64,000 bases of DNA from NCBI GenBank assembly GCA_030704615.1, contig CM060731.1:68262001-68326000 (forward strand), read 5' to 3'. Positions 1 to 12,729 of this stretch are shown piece after piece (position 1 is the stretch's first letter; each line of letters begins with the position of its first letter). The notes beneath the pieces are model-generated. The model had not been told where the DNA came from and did no database searches. It saw only the letters and a list, made by a program, of their open reading frames with translations. The DNA comes from Takakia lepidozioides. Taxonomy: Eukaryota; Plantae; Bryophyta. The position numbers were made by a program, and so were the translations under genes.

Positions 1-20
1 TTGAGGAACTCAAGGCTCGA

Positions 21-2064
21 TTGACTTCTGCACCTATTCTGAGGCGGCCTATTCGGAGGCGGCCTTTCCAGCTACATACGGATTGGAGTATGCTGGGAAT
101 TAGAGCAGTGCTCACACAGGTGGATGATGAGGGAAGAGAGTTCGTAGTGGCATATGCTTGCCGGTCGAAGAATGATGCCGAGGCGAAGTATAGCTCATAT
201 AAAGGGGAGTGTCTAGTTGGGGTATGGGCAGTAGCACATTTCAGATGCTATCTCTATGACAACCTCTTCACCCTTGTCACGGAATACCAACCATTGAAGT
301 GGTTGATGGAGTCAGACAAGCTTATAAGAAGCTTGCATGGTGGGCACTTATGCTTCAAGAGTACGACTTCCAGGTAGTGCATCGGGCCGGTATAGTCAAT
401 CGGGATGTAGATGGATTGAGTCGTAATCCATGCACGAGCGAGCATGAGATACTGGAGCTCAGTGGCATGGTGAGACGGATGAGGAGATAGTGCCAGGATG
501 GCACACATCTGCCTTTTTGTGCATCCTAGCAATGGGAGCTCAAGCTGGTCCATCCCATAGCATTGGTCAAATAGATGGTGTGCATGACATCCGAAGATTA
601 GTGATGAGCTTGGTGGTGCTAAGGATGTGCATGAAGATGCAGCAGTGTTGGCCTACCTTCGTACATGAGAGACAGCAGCCAGTGTGACTGGTAAGGAGAG
701 AGATCGGATCCTACAACAAGCCAAGGGTTCAAGTGGGAAGGGACTCACCTACTTCGGGTATGGGAGGATGGATGAGTGAGGATTGTGCCTCATCCAACAC
801 AACGAGCACGATTGATACGCCATGCCCATGAGGAGTTGAGACATTTTGGGGCGCGGCGCACTCATAGTTTGCTACAAGGGCAATATTGGTGGCGGGGCAT
901 GCATACGGATGTGCAACAGTTAGTGGCAAGGTGCATGGTGGAGTACGGGCTTTTTTCAATGCCCCTACTCCACAATTGCATCATTTACCCATTATGGGTT
1001 TGGGCTATCGTTGGAGTCTTGACTTCGCAGGCCCATTGCCACTGACGATTTGCCATAACAAGTATGTGCTGGTGATGGTGGAACACTTCTCCAAATGGAT
1101 TGAACTGGTGGCATTGCCTGACAAGGCAAGTGAGGGGGCTGCGTATGCATTCTTAGATCGAATGCTTAGCCATTTTGGTGCTTCAGCCGAGGTACTCACG
1201 GACCAGGGTAGAGAATTCTTGGGGGAGTTACAGGCTTTGTGTGAGCAAGCCTTGATAGATCACCGCACTACTTCTCGGGATCATCCTGAGGCTGATGGCT
1301 TGGCGGAGAGAGTGTTCAGACAGTCAAGAGAGGTTTGCGCAAGTACGGTTTGCAAAAGGGACATCTAGGAGATTGGGACCTTCAACTGCCTTGGCTAGCT
1401 ATGGGCTATAGGTTCAGCAATAAGCTTCACTTGCCTCTTTCTCACCTTATTTTCTTCTCTTCGGCCGAGAGCCAGATTTGTCTACATCTATTCATAGGGA
1501 GGCTGCAATAGTTCTCAACCTTGATGATCCGGATGTGTGGATAGAAGCATGTGCCCAGCGGGCAGAGTTGTTTAAGAGAGTCATGCCTATCGCTTTTGAG
1601 AACCTTGCTATTGCCCAACACCAAGACACATTGAGGTACGCCACTATACATGGAGGGGATATCGGCCAAGTGTTCGGCGTTTCCACCCTGGGGACTATGT
1701 GTATCTGCAGCAGACAGTGTCTAGGACCTTGGATGTCACAGTAGGACGTGTGATTCTAAGGGTCACGGAGGTGTTGCCTTCAGGAGTGTTGATTTTGAAA
1801 GGTCGAGACGGCATGATATGGAAGGACCATGTGCACAATTGTACGCCATGTCACCTTCCACATGTGGAAAAGAGGATAGATCTCAACCTTGCAGTGGTAC
1901 CTGCAGGGTTGCGTTGCATGCTATGTGGGCATGCTGGTGGTGCCGCAACCATGTTGGTATGTGACAAATGCTCAAGGGGGTGGCACATGGGATGCTTGAC
2001 ACCGCCACTTGAGGAGGTCCTTATCAGAGAACGGTTGTGTCCACGATGCCTTGGAAAGAGGTAG
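21..2064 (+). pseudogene. Gypsy pol remnant (RNase H-integrase-PHD)
   Basis: ORFs 21-377, 299-490, 776-1045, 886-1368, 1478-1744 and 1699-2064 are consecutive pol pieces in shifting frames. The last contains CMLC...LVCDKCSRGWHMGCLTPPL...LCPRC. Confidence 0.9.
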
Positions 2065-2321
2065 TGGGCATGACAATGGTGAGGTGGACAAGTGATCTAA
2101 GGTCTAGCTAGTGAGGCTTCAATGCCATGGATACTCAACTGAAGATCATGGATTGCATGAAGGCGACTAACGATGGGGCTACGTTTGCACCCGACCTCTT
2201 GATCTATCGACTTCAGTTGTTGGGACTTGTGCAATTGAAGACCGAACGATGATTTTATTGAGATGGATATTTGTCAGCTATCCGGTGTTAGAGGGACCTA
2301 AGCACCAGCTAGGGGGGCGAT

Positions 2322-2842
2322 TGTGGCATAGCTTTCTAGGATTGTGTGCTTAGAATGTATGGTGGACAACGATGTATGTTGTGGCACGATGCTTAGCTGC
2401 ACGTTGGTTATGTCCACACTGCTTGGGATAGTGGCAGTGGATATGACTAGTGGCAGCTAACAAGAGATGGGAGGCATGGTTTTAGTCATGGTTAACTAGA
2501 ATTACCTACTTCTAGTTAACTAGGATTTTTTGGATATTCATATTTGTATTTTGTGTGTTGGAACTTCATTTGGTTTCACATGCCAAGTGAGGTATCAAAC
2601 CTCACTTGGGACATGGGGATGGGTTTTCCCCTTGTGAGCGTTGAGGAGGGTTCATCTTCTGGTAGTTGAGCCTTCATGAGCCTCTCCCACCTCCATAGCT
2701 ATAGATATTGAGAAAGAGTGTGGTAAGGGCTTTGTACGGTGGATTCCTTTAGCAAAGGTGCCATTGACTTGACTTAGTTTATGTGATTGAGTGGATTCAT
2801 GAGTGGAGTGTTTCTCTTGTGTTCACTTTCATTATCACTACA
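2322..2842 (+). repeat. Putative 3' LTR of the PHD-gypsy element
   Basis: Starts TGTGGC two bases (AT) after the PPT and ends ...CACTACA. Its first ~80 bp recur at 2845-2926. Confidence 0.65.
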
Positions 2843-4417
2843 ATTGTGGCATAGCTTTCTAGGATTGTGTGCTTAGAATGTATGGTGGACAACGATGTAT
2901 GTTGTGGCACGATGCTTAGGTGCACGACATCTCTCTTAGAGATTTTATGGTTCCGGGCTTACTAGGCTTAGCAATTAATTGTCATTCCACATCTCCCTTT
3001 TGGATCCCCCCAAGTAACATTCCTACATCATTCCCAACAATTTCGTTAAGAGTTTTCCGAAACATTTTTGAACCTGTAACAAAAGAAGGCGATTTCCAAG
3101 CCAACTTCTCTAGATATTCCGTCTATGTTTCTTCCGCTTCTACGTGGGAGAAAGTTGCATATGAAGAGTCAGATAAAGTAGAGAATTTTTTTTGCAATTT
3201 GTAGAGAACGAAGTTGTGTCAAAAGAATCCTCTAAGTCTTTAGAAATGGTGTGAAAATTTACTGAAAAAAAAAAAATCCCGATCTATCTTTCTCTCTGCG
3301 AGTAAATAAAAATAAAAATAAAAATAAAAAATGTATGCATGAAAGTCGTGAGAGAAGCCATATCTCCTAATGTCTCAAATTTGTTCTCTAGATTTCTGGA
3401 TTTCCATCTCCATTTGGCATTGACGAATGGTTTTCTGACGCTCTCTCCGAAGTGATTTTTTATTTCGAATACTTCTTTCTTTCTATCCTTCATGAGCGAA
3501 ATATTCAGCACGGGTTTTACTTCGGTTTTATATAAATCTACAAGTTCTGAGACTAGTGCCTATTGGCCCTTCTCATATCTTATCCATAAAAGCTTATAGT
3601 TGTGGCTGTAAGTGGTTCGATTATATGACAACTATTAATACTTTTATCAATATATTATTCACATCTCTATATAATGTTAGTAAAACCTCATACAATAACT
3701 TTGTCAGTTTTACCATACATTTTCGTTCCGATTGATTGGCATTTAAGTTTTTTACCATTTCATTACACCACTTGGATGCTCCAGAAAGTACAGATAGAAA
3801 GTTTTTTACCATTCAGTTACACCACTTGGATGTTTGATACGTACGGATAAGATATGTTGGTGTCAAAACATTTTTTGAAAACTACATCCTTTCATTCATA
3901 ATGGACAAAAAAATGACAAGCAAGAACGCCACGTACTAAGCCAATCTTAGAGTATGCACACAAAATAGAGAACATTGAGAAATATTGTAGGGTTTATAAA
4001 CATTTATGTCTAAAAATTTCCATCTTTCTTCTGGACCTGCATGAAGAATCCAGCTAGCATATCGACAAGAGATTATGATCTGTTTGATACAAGTCTTCAA
4101 TGCTCACATCAATGGGAAGATTTTTCAATCTCCTCCACTCGTCAACATGACGACATGCCCACTTATTACTGTCATTGGAGTGCCGTAAGCGTCCCCAAGC
4201 AACGATCTCTACTTCCCAACAAAATAAACAAGCGGCTAGAGGTGCATGGCTCCTCTTTGCGAATAGTGAAATCTACTTTTATCCATACTAAACCTGAAAA
4301 TTCATCCATTTATTTTTCATAAATTGTTAATTAAGAAAGATGTTATTGCCATGAAATAGTTTTCAGCAAATGAGAGGAGGTAAGTAACGTACTAGATAAG
4401 GGGCTGGGATTGCCTCC

Positions 4418-4750
4418 CAGTGAGCCACTAGGTGAGCCCGGGATAGTGAGCCGCCAGCTGGCGAGACAGTGAGCCGCTAGCTGGCGGGTCACTGGAAGGC
4501 ATAATATACCTTGATCCCAGCCCGTTATCTGGCGTAAAGGATTTTTGGGTAGATTATGCGAGATCTGTGATTGGCTGCAGGCCATAAAACGCTGCTAAAG
4601 AGTCAAACAGCCGATTATGAATGCAGAATCGGGCGGCATAATATACCAATCCCAACCCGTTATCTGGCGTAAAGGATTTTTGGGGCAGATTATGCGAGGC
4701 CTGTGATCTGCTAAGAGTCCAACAACCTATTATGAATGCAGAATCGGGGC
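4418..4750. repeat. Short GTGAGCC repeats plus a ~135-bp tandem duplication (probable non-autonomous TE remnant)
   Basis: GTGAGCC occurs 4 times in 4420-4476. Two copies of GGCATAATATACC...CCCGTTATCTGGCGTAAAGGATTTTTGGG...TTATGAATGCAGAATCGGG. Confidence 0.6.
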
Positions 4751-4837
4751 TTCATCCCATTTATTTATTTATTTTAAATGCAGAATGTTCCAGCACCGTG
4801 GAGCGACCATCTTCTGCTTTAGTTTGCCTAGAATAAG

Positions 4838-4870
<33 letters not shown>

Positions 4871-4973
4871 ATTTAAAAAAATCATTTTAGAAAAAGGGGA
4901 CATAGGCCCTTTTACTCAAATTAAATAAAGAAGTGTTCACATAAGGTGGAAAAAATAACCACCAGGGAGGCCG

Positions 4974-5701
4974 TGTCGCGGCCCTTTGCCTTGAGGGCAG
5001 GGGGGGGTCGGGACACATGAGGGGTTGCCCCTGTGGTGGGGGCAGCGACAGCGATAGGTATGGGGGGCTGAAGCACCCTTGAGTGCCCAAGGCACCCAAG
5101 GAGGCGGAGGCGCTCACTAGGTGGAGCCCCGCACACCGGGTTGCGGTGGGGGTGGCTCCACAAGGGGTGGTGGTAGCTTAGCGGGACTTAGTGGGGTGGC
5201 ATAGGACTCACCATGGGGGCGGAGACCTCGTGGTGGGAGTCGTGGGGAGTCTTGGGACTCATCACGGTCCATAGGGGCCGTGGTGAGTGGGCCAAGACTC
5301 ACCGCGACTCATCACCGGGAGTCGAGGGTTTTCGTGGTGGTTCGCCATAAAATGGCATGGCTGGTTGTGAAACCCCCGCGGACAGCTACAGAAGTATATA
5401 TAGGGAGTAGTAACCCCGAGAACGGTGCAAGCCCGTTGGTGACCAAAAACTAGTGAGTAAGCGAGCGAGCCGGAAAGCGACCAAAGAGTGGGGAGCTGTT
5501 CCGGACTGCCACTACCAAAGGGAATTCCCGCTGGTTCCAAATCGGTGAAGGGTTCTTTGAGAGAACAAAGGGGGACCGTTATGCCCCGGTGAGCAGCCGA
5601 AGCTCCAAGTTGGCCCGGCGGCCAGGTTGGGAGTCAGGCGCGCGCATCAAAGCGAGTAACTATGACTTGAGGGGGAGCTTACCGAAGTGAGGTGCATGAC
5701 A
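4974..5701 (+). repeat. 5' LTR
   Basis: TGTCGCGG...GCATGACA. Differs from the 3' LTR by about 9 substitutions and 2 G-run indels by my manual comparison. Confidence 0.95.
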
Positions 5702-5703
5702 CT

Positions 5704-5715
5704 TGGTATCAGAGC
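5704..5715 (+). promoter_or_regulatory. Primer-binding site complementary to initiator tRNA-Met
   Basis: TGGTATCAGAGC begins 2 nt after the 5' LTR; this is the canonical plant Met-PBS. Confidence 0.92.
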
Positions 5716-5756
5716 TTAGAGTTCAGTACGCGATCGTCCTTGGGATTGGCCTCATC

Positions 5757-6830
5757 ATGGGGTCGGGCAAGCCGAAGCGAAAGCGGAACGGCCCAAAAGA
5801 TGATGATCCTGGTGAGCCCGATGGGGGCGACGTGTCACCGAAACGGCCGTTTGAGGAAGCGACGCAGGTTTCTGAAAGCGAGGCCGCTCAAGAGCGGGAG
5901 GAATCTGAGGAGTCGGAGCCCGAGGAATCCTTGAGAGCTCCGACAAACCAAAAGATGCCTCCCATGCCGGCAGCCTTTTGGGAAGGGTTGTTGGCGCAGT
6001 TTGGCGGGACGTTGAAGGTGTTGAAGGCGGCTAATGCCACTTCCACTAAGGCAAAGTTTAAGGTGAAGCCTAAGGAACCCGGCACCTTCGAGGGCGTCCG
6101 AAATCGGAAGGCACTCAACACCTGGCTCCTGGAGCTAGAGCAGTACTTCCGGGCGGCCAAGTTGAGTGACGAGGATCGGGTGGAAGTGGCTCCCACCTAT
6201 TTGAGAGGCTATGCTCAACAATGGTGGCAGAAACGCCTTCACGACCGAGGTTCAAGCCCGGAAACCTTGAACTGGAGTGGGTTCAAGGAATTGATGAAGA
6301 GACAGTTTGTGCCCCTCAACGCGTCCTGGCTTGCCCGGGACAAGATGAGGAATTTGAAGCAAACAGATGACATTCGGGGGTATGTCCAGGCTTTCAATGT
6401 GCTGTTGCTCGAAGTCGCGGACATGGCAGAACCAGAAATGGTCTTCAACTTTGTGGCGGGACTGGCCCCATGGGCCAGGCGGAAGTTGGAGGAGAAGCCA
6501 CCCAAGACTTTGAACGAGACAATTGAGAGGGCTGAATGTTTCTCGGATGTCCCTAGGGTGAGAGACAAGGCCGTACGGAGCTGAACCACAAGGAGACCCG
6601 GCGGAAGGTGACTCCTTCCGACCGGAAAAGAAGTGGGATAGGCCACGCGGCGACAATGGCACGTGGAAATCGAAGGGAGGGCCTTCACACGTCAAGGCGG
6701 CACTCGGTGCTTCGAAAGGAAAAGCGGGTGGAGCGGCTTATGGCGGACAGAAGGCGACCTTTGATGGAGTGTGTTTCAATTGCGGGGAGCCCGGGCACAT
6801 GGCCAAGAAGTACACGAAACCTCGACAATT
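5757..6830 (+). pseudogene. gag (capsid domain; degenerate zinc knuckle in the next ORF)
   Basis: PGTFEG.R....L.TWL..LE.YF...YLRGYAQQWW...F.....F.P...AR.K...LKQT Retrotrans_gag pattern. [14 protein letters not shown] knuckle near 6769. Confidence 0.88.
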
Positions 6831-9800
6831 GAACATGACTCGGGCAACCACGGAGCTGTCGGAAGATACCATCAGTCGCTTGGTGGAAGCGGTGGTCGCC
6901 AGGACTTGCAAGGTAGGCAACTATTCTTGTGAGTTGTATCAGGAAACTGGCGCCCTGCGTAAAGGGAGTCAGTTATTGTTCGTGGATGGGATAATATCCG
7001 GAACTAACGTGTCGTTGTTGGTGGACACAGGAGCGTCGCACTCCTTCATGACGCCGGCGGCGGCGCGAAAGTTGGGACTCCAGACAAGTGACGTGGGGGC
7101 CTCTATTGAGGTGCGTTCTGCCAAAGGAGAACCACAGTTGACGACAAGGTTGGCGTTTGATGTTCCTCTTCAACTGGGGAGTAGGGAGGGACGTGAGAAC
7201 TTCACAATCTGCGTGATCGATGGAGTAGATCTCATTTTGGGGATGACCTTTTTGAGCAAATCCGGAGCGGTCATAGACGGCCGCAAGAGAGTAGTCACGC
7301 TGCCTTGTGGGAATGGTAGCGAGGTCTTACGAGTGTCGGAAACGCCCAAATCCGTGGGAGGGCGAATAAACCTTCTGTCAGCAAGGGAGTGGGCCGTGGA
7401 GGAGGCACACGAGCCCCAGTTTTTGCTTTACATTAGAGAAGTGAAGGGAGAAGGCGATGGGGAGCCGAGCCCAGATTGGATCAAGGGGATTTTGGAGAAA
7501 TACCAGGATGTGATGCCGGAGGATTTACCAAGCGGCTTGCCACCGCGAAGAGGAGTTGACCACAAGATTGAGGTGATACCAGGAACGGAACCGCCTGCCA
7601 AGGCACCCTACCAGTTGAGCCACAGGGAGTTGGTCGAGCTGAAGACTCAGCTCAAGGATCTAATGTCAAAGGGGTACATCCGGCCGAGTAAGTCACCTTA
7701 CGGGGCCCCGGTGCTATTCGCAGACAAGAATGATGGGATGCTGCGGATGTGTGTCGATTACAGGGCTCTGAATAAGGTGACTATAAAAAACCGGTACCCT
7801 TTGCCAATGATCGACGACCTCTTCGATCGGTTGGCAGGAGCGAAGTATTTCAGCCGGATCGACTTGCGCTCCGGCTATCATCAAATTCGGGTGGCGGAAG
7901 GAGATGAGGAGAAGACCGCGTGCAGGACAAGGTATGGTTCATATGAGTTCTTGGTGATGCCTTTTGGGCTCACCAATGCACCAGCGACATTTAGCACGCT
8001 GATGAACAGCCTTTTCCAGGAGTGGTTGGATGACTTTGTGATCGTGTACATCGACGACATCTTGGTGTACTCGAAAACAAAGGAAGAACACCTGGAGCAC
8101 CTAAAAAGGGTGTTCCAAAAATTGCGAGAAGGGAAGCTGTATGCCAAAGCTTCAAAGTGCGAATTCGGGGTCACAAAAGTGGAGTTCCTGGGGCATGTGA
8201 TTACACAGGATGGGATCAAAATGGATGACAGAAAGGTGAGGGCGATCTTGGACTGGGAGCCTCCGACTTCGGTCCCGGGAGTGCGATCCTTCCTAGGACT
8301 CGCCTCCTATTACCGGAAGTATGTGAGAAATTTCGCCAAGATCGCGGGGCCGCTGTCGGACCTTCTGTGTAAATCCAAAGTCTGGGTATGGAACACATTT
8401 TGTGGCCAAGCTTTTGCTGAATTGAAGCAGCGGATGGCGGAAGCTCCAGTCTTGAAATCCCGGAGTTCGATCGTCCATTTGAGATTCATATAGATGCGTC
8501 GGACTTCGCGATTGGGGGTGTACTTATGCAAGATGGACGTCAGTGGCTTACGAAAGTAAGAAACTGAATGAAGTGGAGCGACGGTGGCCGACGCACGAAA
8601 AAGAGATGAAGGCGGTGGTGCATTGCCTTGAGCTTTGGCGCCACTATGTTGGTTCCAACCCAGTGAAGTATTTTGCCACGCATCCCAAGTTGTCCCCAAA
8701 ACAACTTAGGTGGCAAGATACTTTGGCGGTGTTCGACGTGGATATCCAGTACAAACCGGGACGGGACAATGTGGTGGCCGATGCTTTAAGTAGAAAGCAG
8801 CAGCTCCTGTTGGTGTACAGGGGCGAGACGGCGCTCCAAAGGAAGATCCGGAAGGCTTGCCGGAAGGATGAGCTGGCGAAGTCCGTGATGCAGGACTTGA
8901 GGATGGGGTTAAATCGCAGTTCCACTTGCAAAATGGACTGCTCCGGTATAAGCAAAAACGTCTCTACGTGCCAAAGGGAGGGATCAGAGATAGCCTCTTG
9001 AGAGAATGCCATGATAGCCCGCTTGCGGGCCACGGCGGAGCCAAGCGCACTGCGGCACTCCTGAAGAAAGAGTATTTCTGGCCCAAACTGAGGGAGGAGG
9101 CAGAGGAGTATGTCAAGACATGCACCACATGCCAACAAAACCGGAGCGAGTACAAAAAGCAAGCGGGGCTGTTACAACCCTTGCCGATTCCAGAGGGGAC
9201 TTGGGAAAGCGTCTCGATGGATTTCATGACTGCTATGCCGCTGTCAAAAGGATTCGATGCAATCATGGTGGTGGTGGATAGGTTCAGTAAAATGGGCCAT
9301 TTCATCCCCACCAAGGAGACGGCAACGGCGCAGGAGACAGGGCGACTTTACTTCGCCCACGTCTTAAAGCATCATGGAGTCCCGAAGGATATTGTCTCGG
9401 ACCGCGATCCAAAGTTTACGAGTAAATTTGGAGGGCACTTTGGAAGAAGATGGGGACGAGGCTGAAGATGAGCACCGCCTTCCGACCTACGACCGACGGC
9501 CAAACAGAAAGAGTGAATTCCGTAGTGAAGCAGATCTTGCGGAATTACGTGTCGGCAGACCAAACAGACTGGGTGGAACACTTAGACGCGGCAGAGTTCT
9601 GTTATAATAACACAGAACACTCCGCAACGGGAGTTTCCCCTTTCGTATTGGTCTATGGAAAAGCACCTCTGGTGCCGACAAGTTGGGCCGCCCAGGACGT
9701 TGAGGAACCGGCAGTAGCAGCGGTACTGGGAAGAACGCGAGCGTTTGTTGAAGCTCGCAAAGTACAACATTGCCAAAGCTAGGAAACGGTATGAAAGGCA

Positions 9801-10284
9801 GGCGAATCGGAAGCGGAGGGAAGTGAAGTTTGAGGCAGGCACAGAGGTCTGGTTGAACATCAAGAATTTCCGACTACCTCCGGAAGTGAGTCCGAAGTTC
9901 GTACCTCCGTATGCGGGACCCTTTCGCATTCGGAAGGTTATGAATGAGGATGTGTATGAATTGGAGCTGCCGGCAAACAGCAAGGTGCACCCAGTATTCC
10001 ATGTCTCCCTTTTGAAGCCTTACTTCAAAGATGAAGCGCGTCCGAATCGGCATCAAGTGTTGCGTCCGCCACCTATGCTGTTGGATCATGAAAATGAACC
10101 TGAGTACGAGGTGGAGGCAATACTTAAGTCGAGGAGGTTCAGGAACCGAGAAACGGAGTATCTCGTCAAATGGAAGGGCTATCATCATGTGGAGGCATCT
10201 TGGGTGCGTGCCTCAGAAATGGGAAACGCATCCGAGGCGGTTGCAGCTTTCGAAGGGCGACCTCAAAAGCGGAAGAAGCGTTGA
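6769..10284 (+). pseudogene. pol: aspartic protease, RT, RNase H, integrase and chromodomain (several frameshifts)
   Basis: [10 protein letters not shown]; [11 protein letters not shown]; [12 protein letters not shown]; YIDDILVYS; YESKKL..ERRWPTHEKE; SMDF; SDRDPKF; DGQTERVN; GPF; EYEVEAIL..R....EYLVKWKGY....SW. Confidence 0.95.
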
Positions 10285-11190
10285 TGGGGACATCAACCTT
10301 GGAGCGTGGGGGAGGAAATGCATGCTTAGCCCGGCTTAGCTAGCTTAGGAATCCGATTGCAAAAACTTGTATTGTACAAAACGTGCTATAAATGAAATGG
10401 ATTCCAAATGTTGTGCGTCCTATTTTGTTTGGAATGGTGATGCATGGTATGGTTGGCTAGTGTGTAGAATGCATGCTAGCTTATAAAAGTGGGAGAGGTA
10501 AATTGGGTTAATCGTGTGTTTGCGTAGTGCCGAAATCGGGTGACCCCCATCCGAAGGGGCAAGGAAACTTGCGCCTTCTTTGGGAGTTCACGTGCTAGTG
10601 CGCACCTGGCGCGTGCGCGTACTATAACTGCGCTACCGAGGGGGTTGCCTTGTAGTGCGGGCTAACGCGGAAGCTACGTGCTTCCGTTCACGTACTATAA
10701 TCGTGTAGCCTCGGGACGAAGTCGTAGTGCGGCTTCGGCGTGTTCCCGTACCTCAGGCCAGCATTCCAAGGCGGACCCAATTGTAGTGATTGGGGCGCAC
10801 GGTTGGTTCAAGGTTATCTTCCTAGTCAAAGAGGGTTCCAGGTGAACCCTTGCTCAAGGTGATGCCAAAAGCGGCATCATGAGCGGTCGCAAGCAATGTT
10901 GTTGCAGTAAGGCGATTCGATCCTCGGGGAGGATCGTTCCTTGGCCTTGAAGTAGGCCAAGAAGAGTGCACTGGGAGGAGCTGGAGAGGCTCCACCCTTG
11001 GCCGGGACTTGGAGGAAGTCGGCCGAACTAGCTAGTGGAGAGTAGAGTCAAGTGTGGGGTTTGGTTCTTTGCCATGGGACGCCATGGTACGGAAACAAAC
11101 TCCTTGATGTGGGACGCCACAACTTGGATGTTCGTTTCTACAAAATGGACAAGTCGATGAGGACATCGACTCCCTGTTGGTAGGGGTGTG

Positions 11191-11916
11191 TGTCGCGGCC
11201 CTTTGCCTTGAGGGCAGGGGGTCGGGACACATGAGGGGCTGCCCCTGTGGTGGGGGCAGCGGCAGCGATAGGTATGGGGGGCTGAAGCACCCTTGAGTGC
11301 CCAAGGCACTCAAGGAGGCGGAGGCGCTCACTAGGTGGAGCCCCGCACACCGGGTTGCGGTGGGGGTGGCTCCACAAGGGGTGGTGGTAGCTTAGCGGGA
11401 CTTAGTGGGGGTGGCATAGGACTCACCATGGGGGCGGAGACCTCGTGGTGGGAGTCGTGGGGAGTCTTGGGACTCATCACGGTCCATAGGGGCCGTGGTG
11501 AGTGGGCCAAGACTCACCGCGACTCATCACCGGGAGTCGAGGGTTTTCGTGGTGGTTCGCCATAAAATGGCATGGCTGGTTGTGAAACCCCCGCGGACAG
11601 CTACAGAAGTATATATAGGGAGTAGTAACCCCGAGAACGGTGCAAGCCCGTTGGTGACCAAAAACTAGTGAGTAAGCGAGCGAGCCGGAAAGCGACCAAA
11701 GAGTGGGGAGCTGTTCCGGACTGCCACTACCAAAGGGAATTCCCGCTGGTTCCAAATCGGTGGAGGGTTCTTTGGGAGAACAAAGGGGGACCGTTATGCC
11801 CCGGTGAGCAGCCGAAGCTCCAAGTTGGCCCGGTGGCCAGGTTGGGAGTCAGGCGCGCGCATCAAAACGAGTAACTATGACTTGAGGGGGAGCTTACCGA
11901 AGTGAGGTGCGCGACA
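11191..11916 (+). repeat. 3' LTR
   Basis: Direct repeat of 4974-5701, preceded by the G-rich tract GGTAGGGGTGTG. Confidence 0.95.
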
Positions 11917-12729
11917 CTTAATATCCATGTGAGACCATATCAAACTAGCTAAAGAAATTTGAAAGAAAGGGAGAGAGATGAGGAGAGTGAAATGGGAAGG
12001 AGAGAAACCCTATATCTAAGAGATCAGAGTGGAAGCCCAGTGGAGGCTAGAATTCCTAAAGTCGAAGATAATTCCTGATGGAAGGCCACATAATGCCTGA
12101 TCATGACAAAGAAAGGGAGCAGCCAAATCATGTCTTCTACTAACATGTGGAAAGAAGATAGATATAGCCTAATCTCAATTTGCCCAGCCGTGGAAAGGCA
12201 AGGATAGGGTAGAGGGCCCTATTAGTGCCAAAATAACAGTTTTACGAGCAAATTCACCTTGTAAATGGTCAAAATTTGCCATTTGTTTTTCACAAGGGTT
12301 TAGTTAAAGTAGTTAAGATACACTAGAAGCTTTAAAATTCCAAAATCAGCCTAATTTAAAGCCTTCAATGGACATAAATTGGAACAACACTTAGGGAGGT
12401 ATGCAGAAATCAAATTTTCCCTATATTGGTCACACCAACACCTATTAAAGGCCATATCCAACCCTATTGTTGTCATTTCAAGATTCCTATTTGTGGCGGT
12501 GGGTCTTATTTTGGCCATTCGATTTCACCTACTTAACGGCTAGATAGTGGACATTTGGAACCATGAGAGCTTCTAGGAATGGATGGTGTTTATATTAGTG
12601 ACACATGGAGATCGTGGACATCGAAACGTGGCGTGTAGAGACAGGCGAAGAGAGGTGTTTTGAGATCGAGAATATAGAGATATGGAGAAGATCGTCAATT
12701 TCAAGGCATCGAAGAACCAAGACAGACTA

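Larger units (their letters stand above)
1..2842 (+). mobile_element. 3' part of a degenerate Ty3/gypsy LTR retrotransposon (RNase H, integrase, C-terminal PHD finger, PPT, 3' LTR)
   Basis: Frameshifted ORFs with RNase H (LHTDWS..GAVL; YSSY.GECL), integrase Zn-binding (H..L.HFG..RT..YWW), integrase core (SLDFAGPLP; LTDQGREF; DGLAER) and a C4HC3 PHD finger. Purine tract AGGGGGGCG (2311-2319) precedes a TG...CA segment at 2322-2842. Confidence 0.9.
4974..11916 (+). mobile_element. Near full-length chromovirus Ty3/gypsy LTR retrotransposon (Galadriel-like), internally frameshifted
   Basis: Paired LTRs at 4974-5701 and 11191-11916 (TG...CA), PBS TGGTATCAGAGC, and gag-PR-RT-RH-INT-chromodomain order. 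Confidence 0.97.

Noticed and set aside
4887-5540. ORFs duplicated at 11028-11874
   Set aside because: They are GC-rich LTR sequence read in open frames, with no protein motifs.
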